Shown: in pieces, positions 27,901 through 41,252 of the stretch
Layout: each line of letters begins with the position of its first letter
How positions within the stretch are numbered: the stretch's first letter is position 1
NCBI RefSeq assembly: GCF_036321535.1
Contig: NC_087437.1
Span: 39,186,001 to 39,250,000, forward strand
Source of the DNA: Camelus dromedarius
Lineage: Eukaryota
Reading direction: 5' to 3'
Length of the DNA stretch: 64,000 nt
The notes under the pieces: model-generated
What the model saw: the letters and a program-made list of their open reading frames with translations, nothing else
What the model was told of the DNA's origin: nothing
Databases searched by the model: none
Position numbers and translations under genes: made by a program

Positions 27901-30900
27901 TGAAGATTCCTTACAGACACTAAGAGGACTGGGAAGTTTGACAAGACAGGATAGAGACTTGAGAGGCAGTTCCTGGGGTCCAGCTGAACAGGGACGGCAC
28001 TTTCAATGGACTCAATCCATCAGTCCCTTGGAGCCCCTTTTTGGAATCTCTTCCCTCTTACCCATTTTGGATTTATCTGGACTGTTCTTTCAGGAGGATC
28101 TTTGAGTGTCACATACATTCACTTATCAGGACATGATGCTACAAAAACAAATCACATGAATGTTATACTACAATCTGCCTTCTCTGTTCCTACAAACCTG
28201 GGAGTTCAATGCCCAGAGGCAAATCACTGTGGGACTACAGCCTGTCCTGAGAAGAAGCCTCCCCAAATGAGTATTGCATCGTTTGCTTATTCTCTGTAGT
28301 CATCTTACCATAGCATGTTAATGTATTTTGGACATTTCTTTCCATTAATGCAATGCTAATATGGAATAATTTTTCCTGCCTCAAATATTTTCCTATTTCT
28401 GCATCTTAGTGTGGCCAAGAAAAGATGTGTTGTCTATATCATTTCTAGTCTCTCCTACTTATTTAACTACTAAATTTGAATACCTGCAATGTACTAGATC
28501 CTAGTTTGCAGGATACATACAACATAGGTCTGGCACTTGAAGAGCTCGCAGTTTATGAGAAAAACAGATTGGTAAATAACCATCTAGAATAGGAAAGAAT
28601 AAGTGCTTTAATAGATGTAATATATAAAGTGATTATGCAAGCCAACGCAGTAACTACACCTCCCTCCCCCGTAAAAGAAGTCTTCTACTCAAATACTGAA
28701 TTACTTATATTTTTTTTCAAATGGGCTGTCAAGAATAGAAACACCCCCTTTCTTTGTTTGATGAGTTTTCTTTCCCTCTTTCTTTCCCTCTTTCCTCTCC
28801 TTGGTTCTTACCCTGCCAATTCTCAGCACAGTCTCCTTTTATATTCTGAAATCCCACTTAAGGGACTTTCTCACTGATTATAATGACATAGGTCTGTTTT
28901 CACAGCTGCAATCTGAAAGTTTCTTAATAATACCATGTTTTAAACATTATTCTGAAATGCTAGAAGGTTTGAAGGTACTCAAAAAGTAAACAGTCGGCTC
29001 ATATAAAAGGAAGAGAACAGTTGTAATATAAAACTTTCAACAATTTGTATAAAATCATTGGCACTTCATTGAAAATCTCAAGCTCTTGAGACAACAAAAC
29101 TTCCCCCCAAGGGGAACTAATTCACTAGACGTGTGTATACATTAGAACCAGATGAAGGAGATGCGGTGAAATTGGGAAGACAATTTCTGGGCTTATTAGA
29201 AGCCGGAGACCAGGCTTTTGTATTTCTACTGGATTCTTTGGGCTTGGTAAGAATCATTTCCCCAGCAGAGCAGATTTGGGAATTTTCATTTATGTTCATG
29301 ATCACCTTTGACGTCTGAGACTCTGAGGACCTGACATCTCATACTATTATTATTACAAACAGAGTTCTCAAGCTGTTAAGCTCAAATTGCTACTTCGGTG
29401 TTAACAAGAATGGTGCCACATGGTGAGCATATGCTGTTTGTGAAAGTAAATGATGCTTTAAGAATGTTTTACTCTCCAAAGGAAGTCTACTAGCAGATAT
29501 CTTGTATTGAAACTCTGTATATTCTCATCTGACCATCGTAAACAATGTTTGGAGAGTCAGGGTTGTTACTTGAGAATAAATCAGGGAGCTCTTGAACATT
29601 TGGGTGGATATATTCACCGTAAAGCATGACAGACATTTTTCCTATGTTTATCCTTTTAAAAATGTATGCATTTCACCACAGGGCTCAATAGATCTTTCAG
29701 AAGGCATCTTAATAGCGCTTCCTTAGCACAGAAGTGACTTATTTCTTTCAATGAAGGATTTACTTAAATCTACTGTTTAGGCATTTAGCATTAGTATAAC
29801 TGGGTGTAGAATTCCTTTACCTTGGACAGACGGAAGAAACACCCAAGACTAATTAAGCAATTTAAATGGTGAATAATGCTATTTCCCTATGCATTTGCTT
29901 TGTGAGTTAAAATGATGAAGATTTAATCTTCTTTTTCACAGTTTCTTTTGTCTGCAAAACTAAAGATTCACTTTTATAAAAGATTTCCCTTTGTTTTGTT
30001 TTAGAAAGGGATTTGACACCTGAATGGTAGTGGTAATGAAATTCTCTGTGGGTTAGGCTTCAAGAAAGAAATATTAACATGAAATTAATGAAGTATTAAC
30101 AAATAAATTGAGTTCATAATGGTAACCATCTCCCTATGTTACATGTGATAACCGTAGACGTATGTGTGAGTCGTTTGGAGCTTTGCATCTGAGCACTCAT
30201 AGCCATCAATGCATTTCTAAAAATAAGACAATGGGGGAAAGCTATAATACATAATTTTATCAGAATAATATTATGAATCCTTCAGCTATCACCAGACTTT
30301 TTTCCCTTCAAGCAATTTATTTTCTTGTATAAGGACTAATTCTAATGTATTACAGCCTGAAATTTGAGATTAACTATAAATACAATTCAAATCGAGTAAG
30401 AAATATCACTTCCCTTCTCGTATCCTATATATTCTCATTCTTCACAAGGAGTGGCTGCAGCGTACAAGGTGCCAGGTTAATCGTGCTTAAATTTGGCTCT
30501 TGCAGATAACTTCTGTGCACAGACTGATGGAGGACCATGTGAAGCAACAAAGGAGTTTAGTCCTGATGCAGTTACAGACGGTGAGCTATTGAGAGTATCA
30601 GAGCAAGAGTATGATAATATGCAAATATCTCTTAAGGGCAATTAGTCTGGAAACCAAGGGTAAAATGGGAATGACAGATTGAAAAGATGGAGACAAGGAG
30701 ACAGTGTTTGTATCACAGGGAGAACCTGGCATCCACTCAGAAACTTCCTTTGCTACCTGTTGTGGCTCCAGGCAAATTACAGTGGAGAAAAGGCCATTGG
30801 GCTCACAATAAGAAGGCTCACCATAAGAAGACTTTAAGAATGTATTTTTTTAGAAAATGATGGAAACAGCTATTAGCTTTAAGAGAATTTGAAGAGGAAG

Positions 30901-33873
30901 GTTTTGGAGATGTAAAAAGATGTAATGAGTAGAGAGAATGAGAGCTGAAGTAGGAAGTGGAAAAAAATGAAAAAATAGCCAGAGAATAGTACACAATGAA
31001 CATGAGAGTGTGTCAACTTTGGGGAGGAATTCGAATCACTGAGACCTTAAAAAAGTCAATTCCTCAACCAAGTAGTTTTCACTGTTCACTGGGGAGTTCA
31101 CTGTTAATATGTTTAAACGTATCTTATATTGGGGATTCAGCAAATGTTTTGATTCTCTGATGATAAAGTTTGTGAATGAGTCCATTTTCCCAAATGACAG
31201 CTGTTTCACGAGGGCCCATAAAGGAGGTGACCTGGGAGATCCCTTGGTTTCTCTTTCTAAAGGCAGGAGGGAACCAGTTCTTTGTTGTAGCAAGAAACTG
31301 GAAGAAAAGCATCAGGGGAAAATGGAAAGTTCATTAATATTTTCATGAGTTAAGTTTTATGGCTCTAACTGTCCCCAGCAGGAAGGGAATTCGTGGAATC
31401 AGTGTCTGTTGGGAATCGTGAGCGGGGCGGGGGGAAGAGACAGAAGGGAAGGATACTTAGAGTGTGTCTGTGAAAGTGAGCTAATTTGTCTGCATACCGG
31501 GAGCTGATTTCTATACCAAGAGTTTCTCTGCAATTAAAATGCTTTAGATGCTTAGTTTCAAAGACATACAGGTTGACCAGCAGTTGAAAGAATTTGTAAG
31601 TTGTTGGATAATGATCTCAGCTTCATCCAAACAGAACTCTTCAACCAGCAGCAGTAATTACTTGGATTTTAGCTTTCGGGCACCAGACAGTGACTCGTGA
31701 TCAATAGCAGCTCTGTCATTTGGGAGATGAGGCCGCAGGTGAAAGGTGAGAGACACTTCTCACTTCCCAAGCCTCAGAAAAGCAAATCTATTCTTCTGTC
31801 TGTGGTCTGCTACACTAGCAGTGTATGTGTGTCTGTGCATGTGTGTGTGTATAAGTCTCTAGTCTATTTCTTTTTTCCTTTATAAAAATAATTTAAACTT
31901 GAATCTATGATATGCTAAATTCTAGTTGATTTTGTTTTTGAGAGACCCTGGTCCTTAAAGAAAATGAACTAGGAACAGTGTCTAATTTTTCCTTTTATCT
32001 CAGATCTTTACTCTTATTGAAATTCTTCTCTATTTTAAAAGTCAAAGTGGAATTTAGTTCATATACAGCTTAGAGAGTTTATTTTCCCGATCTTCTCTAG
32101 TTATGGAAAATGTAATATTTGAAAGACAAGTGTCTATCACAAATCAAAATTGATGTTTAAACACAAAAAGTACATTTGCCAAATTGCTATTTCTCCCTGG
32201 TGTTCCTTTAGGGACATAGGAGTACAGTAAGTGGAAATGAATTCTTATCACATGCATACTTTTCTCCCTTTATCGAAATTCACTTTTTTATTTCAAGTTT
32301 GAACATTCCGGACTTTTTTCTCCCAGTCTTATTGCCCCTACTCCGTCCCAGACTTTTTCCAGTCCTATTGCTGTGGCATTTTAATATATTTTTTTCCTCA
32401 TTTTGAGAATTGGTTTTCATTGTTGTGGTTTCTGTTGTCTTTGCCTCTTCCCGGTATGTTTGCCAAATAGACCAGAAAATCTCTTAACAGTTCGTGGTAA
32501 CTTTGCTCTGCAGTAACATGATCAGCGAACAATGCTGCATGAGGTGCCTTAGACTGAGTGGGGGACAATTTACCTAAGACCACAGGATCAGGGAAATCAG
32601 ACAGTTGCTGATGAAGATAAAAATCATAACAACTGGGATAACATTGAAAGAATACGTACCTACAGAGCACAGAAGTACATTTAAAATGTCATTGTATTAA
32701 GTGTCTGAAGACCTACTAGGTTTTCAGTCTAACTTCTCTGCTTACCAACGAGGCAACTGTGGGAATGTAACTTAACTTCACTGTGTTTCATTTTCCCTTT
32801 GGAAATATCTGGATCATAACAGCCTGCAAGGATTATGATAATGAACGCATGAATCCTTATGCAAATGGTGCTTTGAGTACCATTTATTCTTAAGGCCAGA
32901 TTGTGCTGGAGCTGTGGATGAGAACTGAAGTTGCTAGAAAAGGGCCATGAGGAATCGGATTTTTTTTTTCTTCCTTTATATTTCAGGTTTTGCAGGGTAG
33001 CACTAGAATTTACCCTTAATTTGATTTGAAATCTAGGTGCTGTTTTCTAAGCAGAGTGACAATTTCTACTTACTGCTTTTATTAGCTTGACCTTGCTTTC
33101 CAATCCAAGTACTCACTTGTCCTTCACTCTCTAAATAGCAGATTCTTTCAGAAAGCAGAGTCTCATTTTCTCTTACCTTGGAGATGGCCATGGCGTTACT
33201 TCTGCCCTTGCTTGTCTTCTAAGTTGAACACATGAACTCTGCCCAGCCCATCCTCGTGGTGAGCGCATGCCTCACCTGCTTGTGCGCACCGTCCCCCCCC
33301 CAGGCAGCCCGCTCCAGCCCTCTCAGGCCGTCACGGCGCTGAAACCGTGGTTTAAGAAAAGCTCTCAACTTACTGAAAGGCTGTTCTTCACAGTTAAAGG
33401 GTTGGTTCTCAAGATGGCCTAGATGGGTTTGTGCCATTTCTCTTCTCTCTAAGCCGTATGCCTAGATGAGAATGTTGAAAGACGTTGAGATAAAAGTGAG
33501 GGTTCTAATTTCCGTCCTCATTTTTAAGCATCCAGAGGAGACCAGTAAGGTGGGTAATTGCTGATCATTAGACTCTTGCACATTTCAGTCGCCATGTTAC
33601 TGCACAGCAATTTATGCCAGCTCTTAAAGTATAAAGCTTGTTTGTCCCTGTGTTAATTTATCAGCCAACAAAACACGCATTTGCTGTGACAGTTACATTG
33701 TTCACAAGGGTTTATGTTCCATCAGGCCCTTCTTCTGGGGCGCATCCTGGTACCTGTGATTTTAAGCTACAACAGGTGGCATGAAGATTTTCACCTTGGC
33801 ATAAGTGTTGTCAGAGTTCATTCATTCTTGTTTTTATTGAAGTATAGTTAATGTGCGAACAGTGCATTCATTC

Positions 33874-34110
33874 TTTTTTTTTTTAAACTGAAGTATAGTC
33901 AGTTTACAGTGTGTCAATTTCTGGTGTACAGCGCAATGTCCCATATGTTCCTTTCCATACTCTTTTTCATTATAGGTTATTACAAGGTATTGAATATAGT
34001 TCCCTGTGCTATACAGAAGAAACTTGTTGTTTATCTGTTTTATATATACTGGTTAATATTTGCAAATCTCAAACTCCCAATGTATCCCTTCCCACCAGGT
34101 AATCACAAGA
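33874..34110 (-). mobile_element. 5'-truncated young L1 3' UTR
   Basis: Poly-T then ctgaagtatagtcagtttacagtgtgtcaatttctggtgtacag...ttccctgtgctatacagaagaaa; close to the copy at 38914. Confidence 0.85.
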
Positions 34111-36862
34111 TTATTCTGGACCTTTATTGTTTCCTCCCCTGTAAATAATACTCACTATCTGGTTGTCTTTGGTGAACCAGCTTTCTCTGGGCCCCTCAGC
34201 TGACCTGTGGCTTCTATAACCACCAGCTTTCCTTGGCCCCTCCGTCTCAGTAACTCTGTTCTCCAGTCTGTCTCTACCCTTTGCCAGTCCAGTGATCTCT
34301 GAGTTAGTGATTTGGCTTATTTAGTTTGAAGTGCCCCATACTCCAGTCAGGTTTTCCCGTGAGGACGTTGGGAGCAGGGTTGGTTCTAACCTGCTTGGTG
34401 CAGCTCTGTCATCAAAGAGAAACTTTTCTGCAGTTAAAAATGTCAGGGTGATGGATTCCTGAATATCTTAAGCAAGATTATCATATAGGTGAATATATGT
34501 GCATTGTATCAGGTTGAGTCTGGAAAAATGATTATATAGAGATGTTAAAGAATCTGTGCAAAGTATTAACGTGGAAGACGTGTACGTGTCTGGGTAACCT
34601 TCTAATGATTCGTACTATTTCTCTATTATACTTAAATGAAGTATCCAGGGCAAACACAGATACACTGTCATAATGATAAATTATATAGTTTAATCCAACT
34701 TCACCAATGAGAACTCAGATACCTTTTACAAACGTATTGCAAGAACAGCTTTTTCATGTTTGCTTCTAATTCCAGCAGAAACACCTAATTATAGAACAAC
34801 ATTAACAACAATAGAAAAAAGGTTTGCTTGGGGAAAAAGGCTTTCTGAGTAATCAGTGTAAAGCAGAAATCTCTCGCTGGGAATAACGTGGGCTGGCCGG
34901 CCAGCCAAGGTTTCTGTGAAGGGTTTTTTTTTTTTTTTTTTCGCTTCCATACTGCCTGAGTGACCTCTTCTTCTCATCCGTCACTTAATCAGGAAATCAA
35001 AAGACAGGAAGCTGCAAGACAGACTCTTGTTCAAGATAAACCCAGTGACCTCGTAACAGGTTACTGAATCTTCTGTGGGAGTTCAGCTGACCAAGTGACT
35101 TCTTATATTTGGGGATTTATTCATGAACCAGCAAAGCTCTGGCTGATGCCACCGGCCCTGAGAGTGCTACTTCTGTTCATGGCTTCAGCTTTAGGCACAG
35201 CTGTTACAGTCTCTTCTCTGCAGAAACTCAAATGGAGGGCATTACCTTTAAATTCAAATATTTCAGACAAAACAGAGCTTGTTTTTCCCTATGAGCATAT
35301 GTGTGTCTTCTATTAATCCTAATGAGCCAGGGACATTCTGAAAAGAACACCCTAATAAGGTAATAGGACTGGGAATTTTGCTGAACAAGAAATGGGTTTT
35401 CTGTGGGGTGTGGGGAGGAGGTGGAAAAAGAACAAGAAAAAAAGACCTTTATGTATTAAATGGTTTAAAGATAAAGCATATAAAATAGGAATGCTTTTAT
35501 TCCTTTGTATTTTCTGAGAACAGTTCTGCCCATGAATCCACGGAATGGTGCAGATACAAATACATCACATTTGCCTGCTGTGATTAAATTTCTCTAATTA
35601 CATAACCACACTTGATATGTGGGCCTGATGCATCACCTCTTTTTTTTCCCCTTTTGTAATCATTGTTATATCCGTGCTCTATAATCAACGTTCATCACAG
35701 CTAATTAGAGTTTCTTCGTCTGTTGTTTCTGAGATCTGACATGCCTAGAGTTCAACGGCAAAATTCATTTTTAAACATCCCTGGGCTCTGGAGGAAAAAA
35801 AAAAAACAACAAATGAAAATTCTAGGGCTGTATTATTCACAAATGGCTTTTTGAAATTTTAATGTACTGTGAGTTTCTTATTTTATTGAATTTAAATGAT
35901 TACTCTTGGTAGAGGAGGCCAAGTCCTGCATGATTTTACACGAATCTCCTATGATTTACAAGTACCTCCTTGTTGATAAAGGAGCTGGCAGTCTTCCTCA
36001 TTGCTTAGGACTTTGTAGATTTCTATGTGACACACAAGGACAAATAATTTTGTTGTATTAGATAGATATTAATGTTGATTTCTCTTCTAAAAGGAGTAGA
36101 ATGCTGCAGATTTATATCATTTACAGGTTCAAAGCTTATATTCATTCTCCAATGCAGTTTTCTTTTGGTAAATGTTTTTAATTACGGACACTTTAAGTGT
36201 GAAATTATAGTGGTAGGAAAGCTAGTTAAATTTTAGCTAGTCTATTACAACAAATTTTATCTACTTTCTGGATGTTAATTTGAGGCCAAAGCTTTCAACT
36301 CACTGCTCTGTTTTCTCATCTGGAAATCCCACCTGCTCCTGCAACCCCTTATTAAGGCAATTGTAACCTTTAAAGCTTTGACAGAAGGGTAAACCTAAGC
36401 AGAAGTCAGAAATTCATGAGCCGTGTACATCCACCCTCTTCATTTTGTATTATCTTACCTTGTTTTCGACATTTTTTTTAAAGCTGCACTTTCACTGCTG
36501 CTGTTTGTGCCTGTACTTTGGACTGAGTCATTCTCTCATAAACAAACCTGTGTTCCTGAGCAATCATTTTGTTTCCTGCTCCTGAGAAGTGCACAGTACA
36601 CTAGAGGATCTCAGCCTGTGAACACAGAATTACAGTACAATCTGAAAAAGTGGGCTAGAAAAGAGGTAGCTTTGAAGCCATGGCAAGCTTGAAGAGGGAA
36701 TGAAAAATCAGTGTGAACAACAGGAAGGCTCCCCAGGAGCGGTGATGCTTAAGCTGAGACTTGGAGATGTTAACAATAGTAAAATTTAAATTAAATCACA
36801 TTAAAAGTCAAATTTATATGATGACAGTCTCCGTGCTGGGCACTGAACTGTATTAACTTCTT

Positions 36863-36954
36863 TACTGGAACATTATTCTGTACACCAGAAATTGAACAAC
36901 ATTGTAAACTGACTGTACGTCAATAAAACAACCAATCAAACAAACAAAAACTAG
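36863..36954 (+). mobile_element. Very short L1 3' tail with TSD, inside a MIR
   Basis: tgtacaccagaaattgaacaacattgtaaactgactgtacgtcaata plus A-rich tail; direct repeat attaacttctt at 36852-36862 and 36955-36965. Confidence 0.8.
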
Positions 36955-37061
36955 ATTAACTTCTTGACACCTCAAGAACTCCAAGATGTGCCATGTGTTA
37001 TACCTATTTGAAGGTCAGGAAACTGAGGCACAGAAGAGTTAGCTAACTTGGCCAAAGTCGC

Positions 37062-37642
37062 TGTGGCAGATTTTATTTTCCAAAGATGCTGTAGCAGTGT
37101 CTCCTCTTCTGCATGGTCTTCTCAGACTTTGCCATCCCCACATGAAGAGAGGGAGGAAGTCTAATTCCTCTGCTTGAGTCTGCATGGGTTTGGGACTCTG
37201 ATGAAACCAAGAGAACGTGGCAGAAGTGATTCTGGGTGCCTTCTAAGGCTAGGTCAGGAAAGAAGAGACAGCGTCCACCTTGGTCCTTGGAACATTTGTG
37301 CCAGAGCCTTGAGCTGCCACGCTGCCAGTCCAGCTGCCCCAAGGCCATTATGCTGTGAAGAAGTCCAAAGTTGCCTGAATGAGAGGCCACCTGGGGAATC
37401 TTGAGATTACAAGGAGGTGGGGAGGGGGGGTACCTGGCTAGTCCCAGCAGCTCCAGTCCCCCTCTGCCCTTCTGGCTCCAGCCACTCGATGTGATTGTAA
37501 CCTCATGAGTAGAGCCAGAACTGCCTCTCAAGCCTGCCCCAAATTCATGATCCACTGAAACTGAGATAACAAAATAATTGCTGTTGTCTTTAAGCTACCA
37601 AATTTTGGCGTGATTTTTTACACAGCAACCCTACTGGGAACA
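37062..37642 (+). mobile_element. MaLR solo LTR (MLT1F/G/H-like), inserted in a MIR
   Basis: Starts tgtggcagattttattttccaaagatg, ends ttgctgttgtctttaagctaccaaattttggcgtgatt...ggaaca; TSD gtcgc/gtcat; MIR (aggaaactgaggcacagaagagttagctaacttggccaaagtc) resumes after it. Confidence 0.85.
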
Positions 37643-38304
37643 GTCATAGCATGAATAAGTGTATAGCCAGAATATGGACCCAGATTCCAGAGCTGCCAGA
37701 AAATAAAGTTTGAGAAGATTTATGCACATTCCTTAAGGTTTAAGTAAAATCTTCATGTGATATGAATGTGTTGTAAAAACCTCTCCTTCAAATCAATATT
37801 CTGAGGGAGCAGGAAATGTTATTGCAAAGTGAACTTTTTCTTTTATGATTGAAAATTAAAGGAAGGAAGAATAAAAGCATGTTTAATGGGATCGTAAACA
37901 CATCAACTGTCATAATTGTAAAAGCTGACTGTCCAATGATTGGGTAGATATATGTTGCATCGTCTGGGTAATGATTTCCAGCTACATTAAATGATATGGC
38001 AGTTTAGATAGAGGGAGGAAACAGTGAATTTTTTTTAATGGGGCAATAATTTCTGAATAGGCAGCTTGGAGTGGAAAAGACTGAACCTGCTTCAGAGCCA
38101 GAAAGCTTGGATTTTTAGTAAGCTTAAATTTCAGTCTTGCCTTTAGTTTATTTACAGCGACTTGTTGAATTGCATCTCCCACACTAGCCAGTAAGCTTAC
38201 TTATTATGGGAATGAGGCTTTTCTTTAAGAAAAATAATGGGTTTGTTCCTTGGATCTTTCATGCTCAGCATAAAGAAGATGTCCATTTACTAAGTGAAAG
38301 GATG

Positions 38305-40445
38305 GCATACAACATAGTCTTGTTAACTCTCATCACCATGCTGTACATTAGATCTCCAAGCACCATTCATCTTATATAACTGAAACCTTGTACTCTTGAT
38401 CAATATCTCCCCATTTCCCAGTCCCCTGGGTCCCTGGCAGCCACCACTCTACTCTGCTTCTATGAGTTTGATTGTTTTAAACATGAAAGTGAGATTTTGC
38501 AGTATTTGTCTTTCTGTGTTTGGCTCACTTCATTTAGCATAATGTCCTCCAGGTTCATCCATGTGTTTCAAAGGGAAAGATTCCACCCCACCCCTTTTTT
38601 TTTTAAGGCTGGGTAATATTTCATTGTGTGTATATACCACATTTTCTTTATCTGTTAATCCATTGATGAACATTTAGGTCTCCTTCTTCTCTTGGCTATT
38701 GTGAATGCTGCTGCAATGAACATGGAGGTGCAGATGTCTCTTCAAGTTTCTTCAGATTCACTCCCAGAAGTAGGATTGCTGGATAATATGATTGTTCTAT
38801 TTTTAAATTTTTTTTTACTTTGCAGAATGTACTTTATTTATTTTTTTGGCAAAGGGGAAGTTTAGGTTCCTTTTTAAAATTTTTTTCAAAGATCTCTTTG
38901 AATATTTTTTTTTGAATTGAAGTGTAGTCAGTTACAATGTGTCAATTTCTGGTGTACAGCATAATGTCCCAGTCATGCATACACATACATATATTTATTT
39001 TCATAGTCTTTTTCATTAAAGGTTATTACAAGATATTGAATATGGTTCCCTGTGCTATACAGAAGAAATTTGTTTCTTATCTATTTTTATATATAATAGC
39101 TAATATTTACAAATCTTGAACTCCCAAATTTATCTTTTCCCATCCCCGTGTCCCCAGTAACCATAAGATTGTTTGCTATGTCTGTGAGGGGTTTACTTTC
39201 TACAATAATATAAATAGCTCATACAACTTAATAACAAAAAAAGCCAAAGAAACAACCTATTCCAAAAATGGACAGAACTCCTAAACAAGCAATTCTCCAA
39301 TGAAGACATACAAATGGCCAATAGGTACATGAAAAAATGCTCAATATTGCTAATTATCAGAGAAATGCAAATCAAAACTACAGTGAGGTACCACCTCACA
39401 CCAGTCAGAATGGCATCAGTCAAAAGTCCATGAATGATAAATGCTGGAGAGGGCGTGGAGAAAAGCGAACCCTCCTACACTGCTGGTGGGAATGTAGTTT
39501 GGTGCAGAAGAACAGTATGGAAAACAGAATGGGAATTCCTCAAAAAACTAAAAATAGACTTATCGTATGATCCAGCAATCCCACTTCTGGGTATATATTC
39601 AGAGGGAACTCTCATTTGGAAAGATACATGCACCCCAATGTTCATAGAAGCACTATATACAATAGCCAAGACATGGAAGCAACCTAAATGTCCATTGACA
39701 GATGACTGAATAAAGAAGTTATGGTATATTTATACAATGGAATACTACTCAGCCATAAAAAGTAATAAAATAATGCCTTTTGCAGCAACATGGATGGACC
39801 TGGAGATCGTCATTCTAAGTGAAGTAAGCCAGAAAGAGAAAGAAAAATACCATATGATATCACTTATATGTGGAATCTAAAAAAAGAAAAAAGACACTAA
39901 TGAACTCATCTATTTTTAAAATTTGAGGAACCTCAGTACTGTTTTCCATAATGGCTGTACCAATTTGCATTTCCCCCAACAGTGCATAAGGGTGGTCTTT
40001 TCTCTACAACCTTACCAGCACTTGTTATTTATTATGTTTTTGATATTTGCCATTTTAACAAGAGTGAGGTGACATCACATTGTGGTTTTTGTTTGCATTT
40101 TCCTGATGATTAGTGACGTTGAGCACCTTTTCATATACCTCTTGGTTATTTCTATGTCTTCTTTTGAAGAATGTCTATTTAGATCCTTTGCCCATTTTTA
40201 AATTGTGATATCTGGGGATTTTACCATTGAGTAATATGAGTTCCTTATATATGAAATCTTCTTCACATGAACACACATACCCACACACAATGGCAATTAT
40301 AAAGAAGTAATGGATGAGTTATTTACCTTAACTGTGGTGATCTTTGCATAACGTAGACGTACATCAAAACATCAAGTTGTATACATTAAACTTATACAAT
40401 TATTTGTACATATCAAAGATATCTCAAAAATTATTAGAAAAAAAG
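38305..40445. mobile_element. Older L1 (L1MA-like) with antisense body (38305-38807, 39909-~40250) and sense 3' end (~40255-40445)
   Basis: Antisense caccatgctgtacattagatctcc...atttagcataatgtcctccaggttcatccat...gaggaacctc..tactgttttccataatggctgtacc; sense end tacatcaaaacatcaagttgtatacattaaa plus A-tail. Confidence 0.85.
38808..39908 (-). mobile_element. Young L1 insertion with 5' inversion (3' part on minus 38808-39188; inverted ORF2-end segment on plus 39189-39908)
   Basis: 12-bp TSD tctatttttaaa at 38796-38807 and 39909-39920; plus segment encodes L1 ORF2 C-terminus (ORF 39434-39709: [21 protein letters not shown]...TCTPMFIEALYTIAKTWKQPKCP). Confidence 0.9.
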
Positions 40446-41252
40446 AATAATTATAATCTCATAGACTACCAGTTGCCTTATTTCTAAAATATAAATCAAT
40501 AGTTGAATTTGCAATCCCAAAATTATCATCACTTGTCATACCTTGGACTGGGAAATTTTCTAGGTCATAGAGGGACCTATGCTTCATAAATAAATGAATA
40601 GCTATGGTTAAAATTTATCTTCTTGACACATTGGAGGATAGATCATTGTTATGGATAAAACAAACACTATCAGCACTAATGTGACATCTGTTCCTCCCAT
40701 TGTCCTGTAATGATGCATGAATGAAAGAAAATTTAAGAACCCAGCTTAAAGATAGATTTAGAATATCTCATTTTACTTCAGGCAACAGAGGCTTATATGA
40801 TTTCTTAATATTTTTCTGGGATAGACGTTTCTCAGCCATGGCTACCTCAATTTGGAAAGTTATACTGTTCCATCACTGGTAATAAGACCTACTGTATTTC
40901 CTTGATTTGTGAAGTTTAAGTGTAACCCAGAATGTGAGAATATGATGCAAATACACAAATGTTAATTATGTGAAGCAATGTATAATTGGTAATTATAATC
41001 ATTAACCATGACTGATTTGTGTTGTTGATAGTTTAAGGAAAGTATAGGCCAAAAGAGCTAGTTGGTTTTAGTTCCTCATCTGATTTTTATTAGTTGTGTT
41101 GTAGATTTATTGTGACTTTTTTTTCCTTCATGGACAAGAGCTAACAATTCAGTAAGACCGTGTTTTTCAGAAACCTACAACTTTCCAGCATATCACACAG
41201 TGGAGCTATTTTTTTGGAGCTACTTGGAAAAAGTGATATAAAAACAGCATAG

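Noticed and set aside
26394..32572. Shared 12-mer ggggacaattta at ~26394 and ~32561
   Set aside because: Many repeated 12-mers are expected by chance in 64 kb, and the similarity does not extend.
37073..37555. Longest ORF in the track (160 aa, minus)
   Set aside because: Lies wholly within an MLT1 LTR and has no recognisable domain.
39337..39709. ORFs with real protein similarity
   Set aside because: Frameshifted L1 ORF2 C-terminal remnants, not a host gene.
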